This document shows, one piece after another, positions 1-11,878 of a DNA stretch of 64,000 nt. Origin of the DNA: Eledone cirrhosa. Its lineage: Eukaryota. The stretch covers positions 4,340,001 through 4,404,000 of the forward strand of contig OZ024758.1 in assembly GCA_964016885.1 (NCBI GenBank), written 5' to 3'. Numbering within the stretch: the first letter of the stretch is position 1; each line of letters opens with the position of its first letter. A model generated the notes under the pieces. The model ran no database searches, was not told the origin of the DNA, and saw nothing but the letters and a program-made list of their open reading frames with translations. Position numbers and translations under genes: made by a program.

Positions 1-35
<35 letters not shown>

Positions 36-60
36 CATATACATACATACATATACACAG

Positions 61-133
<73 letters not shown>

Positions 134-156
134 CATATACATACATATACACAGAC

Positions 157-187
<31 letters not shown>

Positions 188-200
188 CATATACACAGAC

Positions 201-231
<31 letters not shown>

Positions 232-241
232 CATATACACA

Positions 242-279
<38 letters not shown>

Positions 280-291
280 CATATACACAGA

Positions 292-322
<31 letters not shown>

Positions 323-327
323 ACACA

Positions 328-363
<36 letters not shown>

Positions 364-528
364 CACAGACATATATATATATATATATACACAGACACAT
401 ATATATATATATATACACAGACACATATATATATATACATTCATATATACATACAGACAGACACACAGAGACCTATATACATGAATATGAATATATATAC
501 ATATATTCATACACACATACGTACTTGT

Positions 529-590
<62 letters not shown>
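1..590. repeat. Compound (TA)n/CACAGA/(CA)n microsatellite
   Basis: Direct reading. Confidence 0.95.
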
Positions 591-595
<5 letters not shown>

Positions 596-1134
596 TTGCA
601 GACGATTTTATAAAGATCTATTTCTTAGATTAAATAAGAGTGTGTTTAATGAATTAATGATTGAATGTTGTTGTTAAAGATTTGCTGAACTCTATCAGCT
701 GCTTCCATCCTCTGATCACCATCTTGTAGACATTCGAGTGGTGTAGCTCTACACTAGCTCTACACTATAATTGCCTCATTACTTCTGTACAAGTTAAGCA
801 ACATATATATATGTGTCTCGTCCTTTTTCCTCTAGCTCCCTTGATAGTTTACATGTCCTTTGTAAATGCTCACACATACACCCATGCATATATACACACA
901 CACACACATACACCCATGCATATATACACACACATGTGTATAAATATATATATGGAGAATAGGATGTCTGTGTAGTTGCTAGTTAAGTAAGGTTTAAAAA
1001 TGGAATGAGAATAAGAAGAACGCAAGAACGGGGGGGGGGGCGTACTCATCAGTTGTCTACTGGAGGGTCCCGGATATTTCAACGCTTTAAAGACAATATA
1101 TCTACCCTCAGAGCGTTCAATAACTGTGTAAGTA

Positions 1135-1195
<61 letters not shown>

Positions 1196-1236
1196 AAGAA
1201 ATTAAAAGATGGTTAAAAAAGTTCCATGTATTTCAT

Positions 1237-1270
1237 TATGCGCATTTCAAAAACAAAAATCATCCAGGGA
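1237..1270 (-). ncRNA. Degenerate hammerhead relic
   Basis: Minus strand: CCCTGGATGA...GAAA-TGCGCA-TA. Extra G in the core and stem II is lost. Confidence 0.35.
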
Positions 1271-1459
1271 CGGTATTTACGTTCTCAATAGATAAAATAG
1301 GGAGACATGATATGAAGCTTAAAAAGACACTTGTGAGCAGGGTAGTGTCTAATCAACATATATATACTCTTACATATACTCCAGTCCAATAAACTGTTGA
1401 GTGCTACTTATCCGATATTTGCATTGCTTTATTCTACTACAATAAAACTCACCTCCTAC

Positions 1460-1522
<63 letters not shown>

Positions 1523-2571
1523 AATGTATGTCTACCTATTTGTATGGGTGTACGTGTGTTTCCTCCATTACTTACAGACCCCTTTACTAAGTAGCTTCTT
1601 TGAATTTACAATTTCTGATCCTTCTATTTCAATTCTTCGATTGATCAGTGGTATGGTATGTGTTTCATGTTTTTTGTATAATACCCCTATCTTCCTAGTT
1701 GAGAAGGGGACTAGAAGATGGAAAAAACTTAACTCAACACTTAATTTTAAATCTTTAATGTTTAGTTTTTAAATCTTATTAATTTGTTTTTAATTGTAAT
1801 ACTCAACATTTGATAAGATCAATGTTACTAATACATCGAAACCGGTAATACTTTATATACATTATAAAACTCTTTTTTTTTTAAGAATTGTCCCTCATTT
1901 TTTTCAATAATGTCATTTTGACGAATCAAAGAAAGGAAAAAAGAGAAAAACAAACCCTTAAATATATTTTCCGTGCTATTTCCAATTTCATATTTTCGCT
2001 ATAACCACTGTTTTGTATTGAACCTTACTTCCCTTCTCTAATATATATATATACATACATACATATATATATAAATATATATGTATATATATATGTATGC
2101 ATATATATATTACATACATACATACATACATATGTACAGAGAGAGGAGAAAGTATATGTGTAAATTAAATTATAGAGAAGTGAAGACATATATTAAACGC
2201 ACATTGAACTTCTAAAATGCTGCATAAGTGTATATCTTAGTTGGCGCTATATGGAGTCTATTTTAAAAGACTTAATATACGTCAAGGCCGAATGATAACA
2301 TCACACTTGTGTGCTTCTGAGAATAAAATATAGATACACTTTAAAAGCAAATAATGTTATACGCTACCTGTTGAATTAACTAGTTTTAGTATGAAAATTT
2401 TATGAAAATGAAGGAATCGATTAACATACATTGACGTCTGGGAATAAGAAATAAAGAAATATAACCCGACACGTGACAGGAACACGTGACAGAAATTAAA
2501 GCATGTCATTTGTTAAAAACATCAACATAAAAACATGAATGTCAACTATTATTTTGATCCCAATATTATAC

Positions 2572-2755
2572 GGTGGATTGGCAGTATCGGTAGAGGTTCG
2601 GACGCCATGCTTTGACGCATAGAGTTACGGCCCTTGCCATTCTGAGTTCAAATCCCGCCGAGGTTAACTTTGCCTTTCATCCTTTCGGGGTCGATAAAGT
2701 ACCAGTAATGTACTGGGTAATTTCTGGCCTTGTGCCAATAGTAGAAACAATTATT
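2572..2755 (+). mobile_element. tRNA-derived SINE (major family)
   Basis: A box TGGCAGTATCGG, B box GAGTTCAAATCC, central GCCTTTCATCCTT.CGGGGTCGATAAA (Meta/MESC-like domain), tail AGAAACAATTATT. Confidence 0.9.
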
Positions 2756-2820
2756 TTGATACCAATATTGGAAAATTAACACAAATACTGACAGGCCCAT
2801 ACATACACAGACACACTCCC

Positions 2821-3041
2821 AGGTGTGTGTATGAAAAGGAATCACCCGATTTTATTTACAATTTTTACAACTGCTCTATATGTAAATATCTTTATAAAAA
2901 TTTATAAATGTTATGGAAACAAACAGAACATTATTTTCAGGCATGCATTGTACAAGTTACCATATGATTATATGACCTTTTTGGTTTTAATATATAAAAA
3001 TAGAGCCATTTGAAGTCGGATGATTCCTTTTGATACACCCT
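2821..3041. mobile_element. Tc1/mariner-like MITE
   Basis: ~30-bp imperfect TIRs: GTGTATGAAAAGGAATCACCCGA / TCGGATGATTCCTTTTGATACAC. Confidence 0.65.
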
Positions 3042-3279
3042 TTATGTGTGTGCAAAATTCCCGAGATTTATATATATATATATAATGATAAATAGTAGGC
3101 ATCGCCCCTTTTAAATATCGTATTCTAGTTTGCAAGGAAACACTATAGTTAACTCATTAAGACGTCCTCTTCTCGATGTCCACTTTAAATTGACAGGTCC
3201 TAACAGGAAAAAACAACTTATAAAAGTACAAACCATCTGAAATGTAATGAGTCAGAAGGACTTGAAAATGTTAGTGGTG

Positions 3280-3339
<60 letters not shown>

Positions 3340-3829
3340 CAATAAAAAACAGCGTGATAAATACTATTTTAAATGTAAATGACATGCAAATGGAATGACT
3401 CATTTATCAGAGAGACATACGCCAGTTCGTGTAACAGCTATCTCTGTAACCATGTGAGGCTGCGAGACAGTGTTTCGGACATTTTATTCAACATTAGTAG
3501 GACTATCAGAAAAACCACACTTCGAGTGGTTTTTTGCAATCATATATAGCGTGCATATTGATATTATACGCAAATATATATGCATGTAGTTATGATACAT
3601 CAAATAAAATCGTAATTGACAATATACACAGAAATTTTACGAAGACTGCGTTACACCGTATTATGTAATCAGTAAAGTAATCCAGGATACATTAAAAAAA
3701 AGACGATATTATATATAAACTGCATTAGGAAAAATTAGTGAGGGAAATATATGAATGTTTATTTAAGCGATCGCTAACCGGAAAATTTTAAATAAGTGAA
3801 TCTTTAAATAAACAAAAAATATATATATA

Positions 3830-4230
3830 GATAAATCTGCAGATACTCCACCCTGATTATACCTTCAGATTTATACCTGTGATTATTGAGGCACTGGGGT
3901 ATGTTTTAACTTCCTCAATAGAAATCTTGAGAAGCTGGGCTTCACAGAAACAGAAATAACACGACTAGTTAGGAAATTACTAGTACAATCCATTAATGGG
4001 ACAGTAAAAATATGTAAAACATTCCAAACATTCTGCATCTTATAACTGCATATACTTTGTACAGATACAAAGCATATACACATCCACACATACATTAACA
4101 TCCATACTTTCACATCCATCCATACATATCTACTTAATTGATGTTTATATCCCAACGAGAGAGCTTTCTATGTTAGAAACCAACTCTCTCTCTATTAGTA
4201 AAAGTTTACAAAATTATAAAACCAGAAGAA
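3830..4230 (+). pseudogene. 3' end of an RLE-type (R4/Dong/NeSL-like) non-LTR retrotransposon
   Basis: NLQILHPDYTFRFIPVIIEALGYV / frameshift / LNRNLEKLGF...LVQSINGTVKICKTF..stop at ~4043; resembles the PVIIGALG..GT.KI C-terminus. Confidence 0.65.
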
Positions 4231-4231
4231 T

Positions 4232-4267
<36 letters not shown>

Positions 4268-4299
4268 TTGATATTAACTCAAGTTGACTGAAATATCGG

Positions 4300-4800
4300 G
4301 ACACTTTGAAATTGGAAATGTTAATGATATTAAAAATATTAAACGATTACTGAAAATCTGTCCATTTTCCCGTCTCCAGAAGTAATTTTCACGATTTGCT
4401 CAACTATTATCTATTCTTATCGTCTATTATAATATTGGGAAGTTGCAATGGGAAACACTTACTACAACTTACACATTCTCAGAATGCTTCTTCAATCAAC
4501 AAATGCTTACACTTCTAACGACCGGCTTAAAATATTCTAAATAGGGGATTTGTAGCCAGTGGCTTCTTATAGTTAATGCACAAATCCAGTATCTGAGAGA
4601 AACGACGATCGATTCCACCTTCGTCTAATTTCCCGGGCTTACTTTACTCGATTTCCTGTGAAAGGATATTCGTGCAATTATATTGATTTTATCTACATTC
4701 GTCTGCCTTCTCCTTAAAAACTGTTGCTTATTTTGCACTCCCCAATAGAATTAGACTATTATGAATATTTATGCTTCACAAATTTTATTTTCATATTCAA
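4300..4800 (-). pseudogene. Possible decayed mariner transposase fragment
   Basis: ITSGDGK followed by a frameshifted TGG at 4362-4386 resembles IVTGDEKW; little else is recognisable. Confidence 0.3.
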
Positions 4801-5423
4801 AAAGAACAATATGAGGCTCGAAAAGCACAAATTATATTCTCCCAAATGCACAAATGAGTGCTACATGATTTCATTGATGTGGTAAATATTCTATCAAAGC
4901 ACATGCTACCTGTCCCCTAAAGGATTCAACCTCTCATCACATAACCACATTACAACATTACATGACAACTTTTTCCCATAAAGTGGCCCTGCTACTTTGC
5001 ATATCAAAGTGAAACATGTTAAGAAAAAAGACCACATAACAAGCAAAAGCTTCGTAGATACACCATTCCGCCTACGAATCTCAAATAAGCAAACTAAATC
5101 CTGATATGTTTACAAAACAGTTCTTTACTCAAGTGGGATAAAATATGAATTAAGTATAAAGGATGATTTAAAAGACTTTCGCAGGTAATGCAATTAATTT
5201 GTTTAAATTAAAGAAAAACTGATAAACACCTTAAACCCGTTGTCAAGCATTGGGAGCTTCTACCAGAAAACATATATATAATCTATAAAGAAACATTAGG
5301 AAATACGTAGTCGAGGGATTTAAATAATCTGACACTTATAATGTTAGCCTGAAATGGACGTGGTAATTGGCATGTTAGCACTATATGGTTTTATCTTTGT
5401 ATTCAAATAGAAGTATCAGAGAC

Positions 5424-5456
<33 letters not shown>

Positions 5457-5459
<3 letters not shown>

Positions 5460-5668
5460 CAAAGAAAGTGTGGTAAGAAAGTGTGGTAAGGAACCAGATA
5501 AACCATACCGCACCAGAGTACTCGATATTTTAGGTGGTAGAGTGGGTAATACGAAAATACCCAGGACCCCGACTGCTTACCTCCGGCCGTTTCGACAGCT
5601 AGATCCGAATTGTTTAGATCTAGCTGTCGAAACCGCCGTAGCTCAGCCGTCGGGGTCCTGACTCTTTT

Positions 5669-5670
<2 letters not shown>
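5457..5670. mobile_element. Family A short TA-embedded element with fold-back end
   Basis: Homologous to 18452-18586; internal inversion TTCGACAGCTAGATC...GATCTAGCTGTCGAA; (TA)n on both sides. Confidence 0.8.
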
Positions 5671-5720
<50 letters not shown>

Positions 5721-6925
5721 ATTGGTGGTCTGAAATAGCGATGTATACATGTATGTATGTATAGTATATTTGGCAACATACCGTATGTTTAATTAAAAAC
5801 ATTTTGAAGACCATATGCTACCGGTTTTAAAGTAGTGACTATGTCGCTTACTTCTTTTCGGTGAAAGAAGGGAGAGAAGCAAACAGTCTGTTTCACGCTG
5901 TTTGGCGATCAGCAGGGCCACGCACTCCTTGCTTCCGCCGAAAATTATAGAAGCTGGATTCTTATAGAATATAATATTTTAATTAGCGTAACATGTTTCT
6001 TATGTGATAGGGTGCGGGAAAAGGCACTATAAGTAATTTATGCTCCTTTAAAAACCAACAAATGTTCGTTTGTCTCCCTCACATTTTTAAGGTAAACGAG
6101 GCCCCTGTATATATATGCATGATTTTATTTGGAACTATTGTATTTAATATTCCTTTTTGCATGCTAAGCAATTCTGATATTTGTAGCCGCTGCATATATG
6201 TGATAGATGGAACCTTACTGAGTTGTCACAGCAGTGAAAAACATTTGTATTTTAATGCAACAGCATATTGAAATGAAAATAATTTTATGTTGTGTTAAAT
6301 ATCTCAGAGCTTCTGGTGTTGGTAACCATGCTGATCAGGCCATTACGTTTAGCCAGGAGTGTAAATACAAAATTACATGTTTTGTAATCTATACTTTTCA
6401 CACTGGTTTCAATAATGCTATGTTGATGAGAAACGGGTGTTGTTTCTTATTGAACACTGAGGAAAATAAAGAAATTACTGATCTACCCTGGGCTATATCG
6501 GAATAATAGTATAGGAAATCATTCGACGAGGCATTATCTACAGGCATCGACACCTGTAAATCTAATGTTAACTGCACAATATGTATGTACACATGTATGA
6601 ATACACGTATGTATGTATGCATGTGTATATATATATATATATGAGTATGTATGTTTATGTATATATACATATATATATATATATGAGTATGTATTTATGT
6701 ATGTTTATGTATATATAGTTATATTTGGGGAGGGTCATATTTGCGTAATATTGCCAGAATTAATAACAGAACACACTCACTGTTTGGTTGGTTTTCGCTT
6801 CTCGCTGTCTTTTATATATATATATCTGCGATCTAACTTACTCGGTCCTCAATGTTGCCATTGACTGACCGGCGGTCAAAAATAATACAGATACAATATA
6901 GACAAACACATATATATATAGTTTA

Positions 6926-6963
6926 CATAAATCTTTCGTTGCACATCTGCAACATCGTCAGTG
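6926..6963 (-). ncRNA. Mirror copy of the PLE hammerhead motif
   Basis: Reverse complement of 10881-10918 within the inverted arm. Confidence 0.75.
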
Positions 6964-7225
6964 GTGTTATATTCATTGTTCCTCCTGTTGTGTTGTATGT
7001 CTACGCCATTTTTTTGTTCAGTCTGTCTATATATTTATTTATTTATTTGCTTGTTTGTTTATCTTATTTTATTTTGTCTTCTTTGCGCATGCGTTTGCGT
7101 GTGTGTATAGTGTGATGTGTGACTAGTGTGTATCGTATTGTGTCTGCTGGGTGACTAGTGTGTGTTTATGTGCTTGTGTATGTATTTATTTATCTTATTT
7201 TATTTAATTTAATTTACTTATTTAT

Positions 7226-9454
7226 TTATACTTCTCTTAGGTCAGTGTTGTTTGTTTGGGTGTTGTTGTTGTTCCACTCATTCTTTCTGTTTAGCTTTGG
7301 TTTTCTAATTTCTATTTCACTGGCCTCTCTGATTTGCCTATCTGCTGGGTCATTCCTATGTTTAGATATTATTCTAATTTCTATGTTGTCTATGTTACCG
7401 TCATGATGTTGTCTAGCATGTTCGTATAGTACTGACCCGTTTTTTCGTCCTTTTAGTTCCCCCCAGTGTTGGTCTATCCTTTCACCTATGCTACGAGCTG
7501 TCTCACCTATGTATGTTGTTGTCGTGTTTCTGCAAGTACCCTCTGTACATCTTATGCTATAGACTACGTTTCTAGTTTTACAGTTTATCCGGGGGTTCAC
7601 CTTACATATGATACATTTCCTATTGGTACAGTGGGTTTTCTTAAAAGGGTAGGTTTTGCTGATCAGGGATTTTATGGTGGTTCCTGGCTTTTCTACCACC
7701 TTTATTTTTAAGTGGGTCTTTCTCAGGGCCTTTCTACACTGGTTAGCTAATTTCCCTCCAGGGGTGGCGTCCACAAACATGACACTCTGATATCTCTGGT
7801 TGTCGTACCATGATGTGGCCTTCCCTATCTTATGTCTAGCCCTATCTAAGCTATTCCATGATTTGCTCCTGTATAGTGGGCAAATTCCTTTCATGTCCAG
7901 TTCTATGAGGGTCTTATACTTTTCCATGGCTCCTTCGTATACTCTGACTCTGTCTCTTTGGTTGTAGCCAGAGAACTGCATGCGGTTGATGAAGTGTTGG
8001 ATGTGTCCTTCCATTTCTGTTGGGTCGCACATGCTGGACACATTCTTCATCACTCGTACCAAATCTGCGATCAGAATATTAAACTTAGCACTACTGGACA
8101 TTGCTGAGTTTTTGAGTATCAGGTATTTGGAGGCCATGGGTTTAGCATAGTGTGAGTGGAGAATTTGGGCTCTCTCGTCTATAGTGTTAATCCAGAGTTC
8201 TGTGTCTAATACAGGTAGTCTATTGTTAGGGTGTTTGGAAGGGAAGTCTATAGTTACAGTTATACTCTGGTGTATGGAATTAGCTATCTGCTGGATGCTT
8301 TCCATCGTGCTACGTTCTAAATCAAACTTGTTAGTGCTCTCTAGTGGGGGTGTTCTTATAACTATATTGATATCATCTACATAACGAGAGTACATGATGA
8401 GGTCTATGGAGCTTTCATTAAGGAGATCTTTAAGTCTCCTTTCCCACCATACCATGAAAAGGTTGGCAACATCGCCAGCTATGCTGACGCCGATGGCTGC
8501 TCCCTCATTTTGGGTGTAGATTTTCTCATTGAACTTAAATATGTGGCCCTTTAGGGTAGTTTTGATACTAGCCCCTATTGCATGTGCGACCATTTTTCTT
8601 ACCTGATCAGTGTTTTGGGGGGTCCGTATAGCTTTGGTCCACCCAATCCACCTTCCTATGGGAGTCTTTTTAGCCATTGAGGTTATGGTGGGGGGTCTAC
8701 CTCTTATAGGTCTACTAGGGCAGAAACATCTAAGGTCATGGCTGTCTAGGTAGTCAGTGTCGTAGGTAAGTCTAAGTAGGAGGCCTAGTTCGTCTGTGTC
8801 GACGTCGCAGAACTCCACCTCACTCTCAATGATCATCTCCACACATCTTTTCACAGCAAAATCAATGTTAATGGATGGGTACAGTGACACCACATCCATG
8901 CTGCCTATTATGCAGTTGGATAGGCTCCTGTTTTTGTTGCACTCACTGATTCTGCTGAGGAGGTCCTCTGTACTTTCACATACATCTGGGGACATCTTGA
9001 TTATGGGGCGTATGACCATCGAGAGGAAGTAGGAGATCCTGTAGTTGCTAGCTATATTAGCTCCGCATACAGGTCTTGTTGGTGGTCCTATTGTCGGGTC
9101 GTCGACTGTCTTGTGGTCTTTGCGGAGCCCATACAAGGGTGGTATGCCATTGTTAGACGCCTGGAAGTTGTTGGCAGTGCGTCTGCTTGGCTTTAGGATG
9201 TCAGTCCACATCATCATGTGAGCGTTGAGGATTTTTTCTCTCCCATCGTGTGTTAGTTGTGCAACTTCGCTCGTGTTGGTGATGTGGGGTTGCATTGCCT
9301 CGATGTAGTTCGGCATGCTATCTATTGACATCCTACCAGACTTATCTGTGGGTAGACACACTACCTCACCATCCCTTGTGCGCTGCTTGAGGCTAACCAA
9401 GCCTTCTACAGGTTTTATCCCAAGTTGTTGGGCCTCTGGTCTGCTCTGTCTCAT
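7226..9454 (-). CDS. PLE reverse transcriptase-GIY-YIG endonuclease polyprotein, N-terminally truncated (frame stays open to the junction at ~9528)
   Basis: Motifs TDKSG, PTRPVC, MDVVSLYPSI, GAAIG, RYVDD, LPVLD, SGY; Cys-rich linker CTNRKCIIC...C; GIY-YIG signature VYSIRC...C...YIGETARSIGER...H...EASEI...KPKLN. No internal stops. Confidence 0.95.
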   Translation of the reverse strand: MRQSRPEAQQLGIKPVEGLVSLKQRTRDGEVVCLPTDKSGRMSIDSMPNYIEAMQPHITNTSEVAQLTHDGREKILNAHMMMWTDILKPSRRTANNFQASNNGIPPLYGLRKDHKTVDDPTIGPPTRPVCGANIASNYRISYFLSMVIRPIIKMSPDVCESTEDLLSRISECNKNRSLSNCIIGSMDVVSLYPSINIDFAVKRCVEMIIESEVEFCDVDTDELGLLLRLTYDTDYLDSHDLRCFCPSRPIRGRPPTITSMAKKTPIGRWIGWTKAIRTPQNTDQVRKMVAHAIGASIKTTLKGHIFKFNEKIYTQNEGAAIGVSIAGDVANLFMVWWERRLKDLLNESSIDLIMYSRYVDDINIVIRTPPLESTNKFDLERSTMESIQQIANSIHQSITVTIDFPSKHPNNRLPVLDTELWINTIDERAQILHSHYAKPMASKYLILKNSAMSSSAKFNILIADLVRVMKNVSSMCDPTEMEGHIQHFINRMQFSGYNQRDRVRVYEGAMEKYKTLIELDMKGICPLYRSKSWNSLDRARHKIGKATSWYDNQRYQSVMFVDATPGGKLANQCRKALRKTHLKIKVVEKPGTTIKSLISKTYPFKKTHCTNRKCIICKVNPRINCKTRNVVYSIRCTEGTCRNTTTTYIGETARSIGERIDQHWGELKGRKNGSVLYEHARQHHDGNIDNIEIRIISKHRNDPADRQIREASEIEIRKPKLNRKNEWNNNNTQTNNTDLREV

Positions 9455-9538
9455 AGTGTACCTGTCTACTACTTGTCTAATCTTATTTCTAGCTATGGTG
9501 AACTGTGCCTCCGTCTCGTCATCTATTTACGTAGCACG

Positions 9539-10618
9539 ATGGAAAGCATCCAGCAGATAGCTAATTCCATACACCAGAGTATAACTGTAACTATAGACTT
9601 CCCTTCCAAACACCCTAACAATAGACTACCTGTATTAGACACAGAACTCTGGATTAACACTATAGACGAGAGAGCCCAAATTCTCCACTCACACTATGCT
9701 AAACCCATGGCCTCCAAATACCTGATACTCAAAAACTCAGCAATGTCCAGTAGTGCTAAGTTTAATATTCTGATCGCAGATTTGGTACGAGTGATGAAGA
9801 ATGTGTCCAGCATGTGCGACCCAACAGAAATGGAAGGACACATCCAACACTTCATCAACCGCATGCAGTTCTCTGGCTACAACCAAAGAGACAGAGTCAG
9901 AGTATACGAAGGAGCCATGGAAAAGTATAAGACCCTCATAGAACTGGACATGAAAGGAATTTGCCCACTATACAGGAGCAAATCATGGAATAGCTTAGAT
10001 AGGGCTAGACATAAGATAGGGAAGGCCACATCATGGTACGACAACCAGAGATATCAGAGTGTCATGTTTGTGGACGCCACCCCTGGAGGGAAATTAGCTA
10101 ACCAGTGTAGAAAGGCCCTGAGAAAGACCCACTTAAAAATAAAGGTGGTAGAAAAGCCAGGAACCACCATAAAATCCCTGATCAGCAAAACCTACCCTTT
10201 TAAGAAAACCCACTGTACCAATAGGAAATGTATCATATGTAAGGTGAACCCCCGGATAAACTGTAAAACTAGAAACATAGTCTATAGCATAAGATGTACA
10301 GAGGGTACTTGCAGAAACACGACAACAACATACATAGGTGAGACAGCTCGTAGCATAGGTGAAAGGATAGACCAACACTGGGGGGAACTAAAAGGACGAA
10401 AAAACGGGTCAGTACTATACGAACATGCTAGACAACATCATGACGGTAACATAGACAACATAGAAATTAGAATAATATCTAAACATAGGAATGACCCAGC
10501 AGATAGGCAAATCAGAGAGGCCAGTGAAATAGAAATTAGAAAACCAAAGCTAAACAGAAAGAATGAGTGGAACAACAACAACACCCAAACAAACAACACT
10601 GACCTAAGAGAAGTATAA
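9539..10618 (+). CDS. Inverted duplicate of the PLE ORF 3' part (RT C-terminal/thumb region + GIY-YIG)
   Basis: From MESIQQ onward it matches the minus-strand ORF except V->I (RNVVY vs RNIVY). The track's 9425 start adds junction-derived antisense residues. Confidence 0.85.
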   Translation: MESIQQIANSIHQSITVTIDFPSKHPNNRLPVLDTELWINTIDERAQILHSHYAKPMASKYLILKNSAMSSSAKFNILIADLVRVMKNVSSMCDPTEMEGHIQHFINRMQFSGYNQRDRVRVYEGAMEKYKTLIELDMKGICPLYRSKSWNSLDRARHKIGKATSWYDNQRYQSVMFVDATPGGKLANQCRKALRKTHLKIKVVEKPGTTIKSLISKTYPFKKTHCTNRKCIICKVNPRINCKTRNIVYSIRCTEGTCRNTTTTYIGETARSIGERIDQHWGELKGRKNGSVLYEHARQHHDGNIDNIEIRIISKHRNDPADRQIREASEIEIRKPKLNRKNEWNNNNTQTNNTDLREV

Positions 10619-10880
10619 ATAAATAAGTAAATTAAATTAAATAAAATAAGATAAATAAATACATACACAAGCACATAAACACACACTAGTCACCCAGCAG
10701 ACACAATACGATACACACTAGTCACACATCACACTATACACACACGCAAACGCATGCGCAAAGAAGACAAAATAAAATAAGATAAACAAACAAGCAAATA
10801 AATAAATAAATATATAGACAGACTGAACAAAAAAATGGCGTAGACATACAACACAACAGGAGGAACAATGAATATAACAC

Positions 10881-10918
10881 CACTGACGATGTTGCAGATG
10901 TGCAACGAAAGATTTATG
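10881..10918 (+). ncRNA. Minimal type I hammerhead ribozyme motif in the PLE 3' region (pLTR)
   Basis: CA-CTGACGA-T-GTTGCA(GATG)TGCAAC-GAAA-GATT-TA-TG: core boxes and a perfect 6-bp stem II; stem I is weak. Confidence 0.75.
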
Positions 10919-11186
10919 TAAACTATATATATATGTGTTTGTCTATATTGTATCTGTATTATTTTTGACCGCCGGTCAGTCAATGGCAACATTGAGGACC
11001 GAGTAAGTTAGATCGCAGATATATATATATAAAAGACAGCGAGAAGCGAAAACCAACCAAACAGTGAGTGTGTTCTGTTATTAATTCTGGCAATATTACG
11101 CAAATATGACCCTCCCCAAATATAACAATATCTGTTTCGACACACGATTTCATATAAAAAACCTCGCAAAACTAATTCATCGCCGC

Positions 11187-11230
<44 letters not shown>

Positions 11231-11734
11231 TGTATGTATATGTCTATGTAAGCATGAGGTTTGTCCAAAAGGTAAGAGTAGTGATGTTTTATGTAATGTA
11301 TATTAGACGTACATGAATTACAAGTTATTTTTTTCAAAACATAACCCTTGGGAAATCACACAGTCGTTCCAATGTTTTGTCAATTGGCCGTAGCAGTACC
11401 GGAAATCATTTTCTCTGAGTGTCCTTAGCTCGTCGTTTACAAGGTTTTGCCTATGTACTTTTGTACGTACGTACGTACGTACGTACGTACGTACGTATGT
11501 ATGTATGTATGTATGTATGTATGTATGTATGTATGTATTTGACAATCGCCACCGATGAATGCGAGAAAGTTCTCCAGGAAAGTTAACCAGTAATCTTTAA
11601 ATATCTCCCCACCGAAGTTAACAAAGTACTTACGAGATCTACCAAATCATTATATTATAAAATTAAATCAAATTGTTTAGAACTACAAATGAAGTCATTC
11701 TTTTCCTTCTTTTCATTTTATATATATATATATA

Positions 11735-11774
<40 letters not shown>

Positions 11775-11878
11775 TATATATATGAATATATGTATGTATA
11801 TATGCATTTCAGGACGTTCTTCAAGAGAGAGGTGGAGATAGGAGAGGAGAGATTGTATATATATATATATACATACAG

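Larger units (their letters stand above)
6718..11126. repeat. Long inverted repeat: arms 6718-8315 and 9529-11126 (1598 bp each), spacer 8316-9528
   Basis: Paired positions sum to 17844. One mismatch noticed, at 7567/10277 (transition at a CpG). Confidence 0.95.
6718..11188. mobile_element. Penelope-like retroelement insertion: two 5'-truncated copies head-to-head (minus copy 9528->6718, plus copy 9529->11188)
   Basis: RT+GIY-YIG ORF on the minus strand and an inverted duplicate of its 3' part on the plus strand. Both outer ends abut TA-rich microsatellite. Confidence 0.95.

Noticed and set aside
9425-9538. Apparent novel N-terminus MLGLWSALSHSV... of the 397-aa ORF
   Set aside because: It is mostly the antisense of the minus-copy ORF, fused in frame by chance at the inversion junction.
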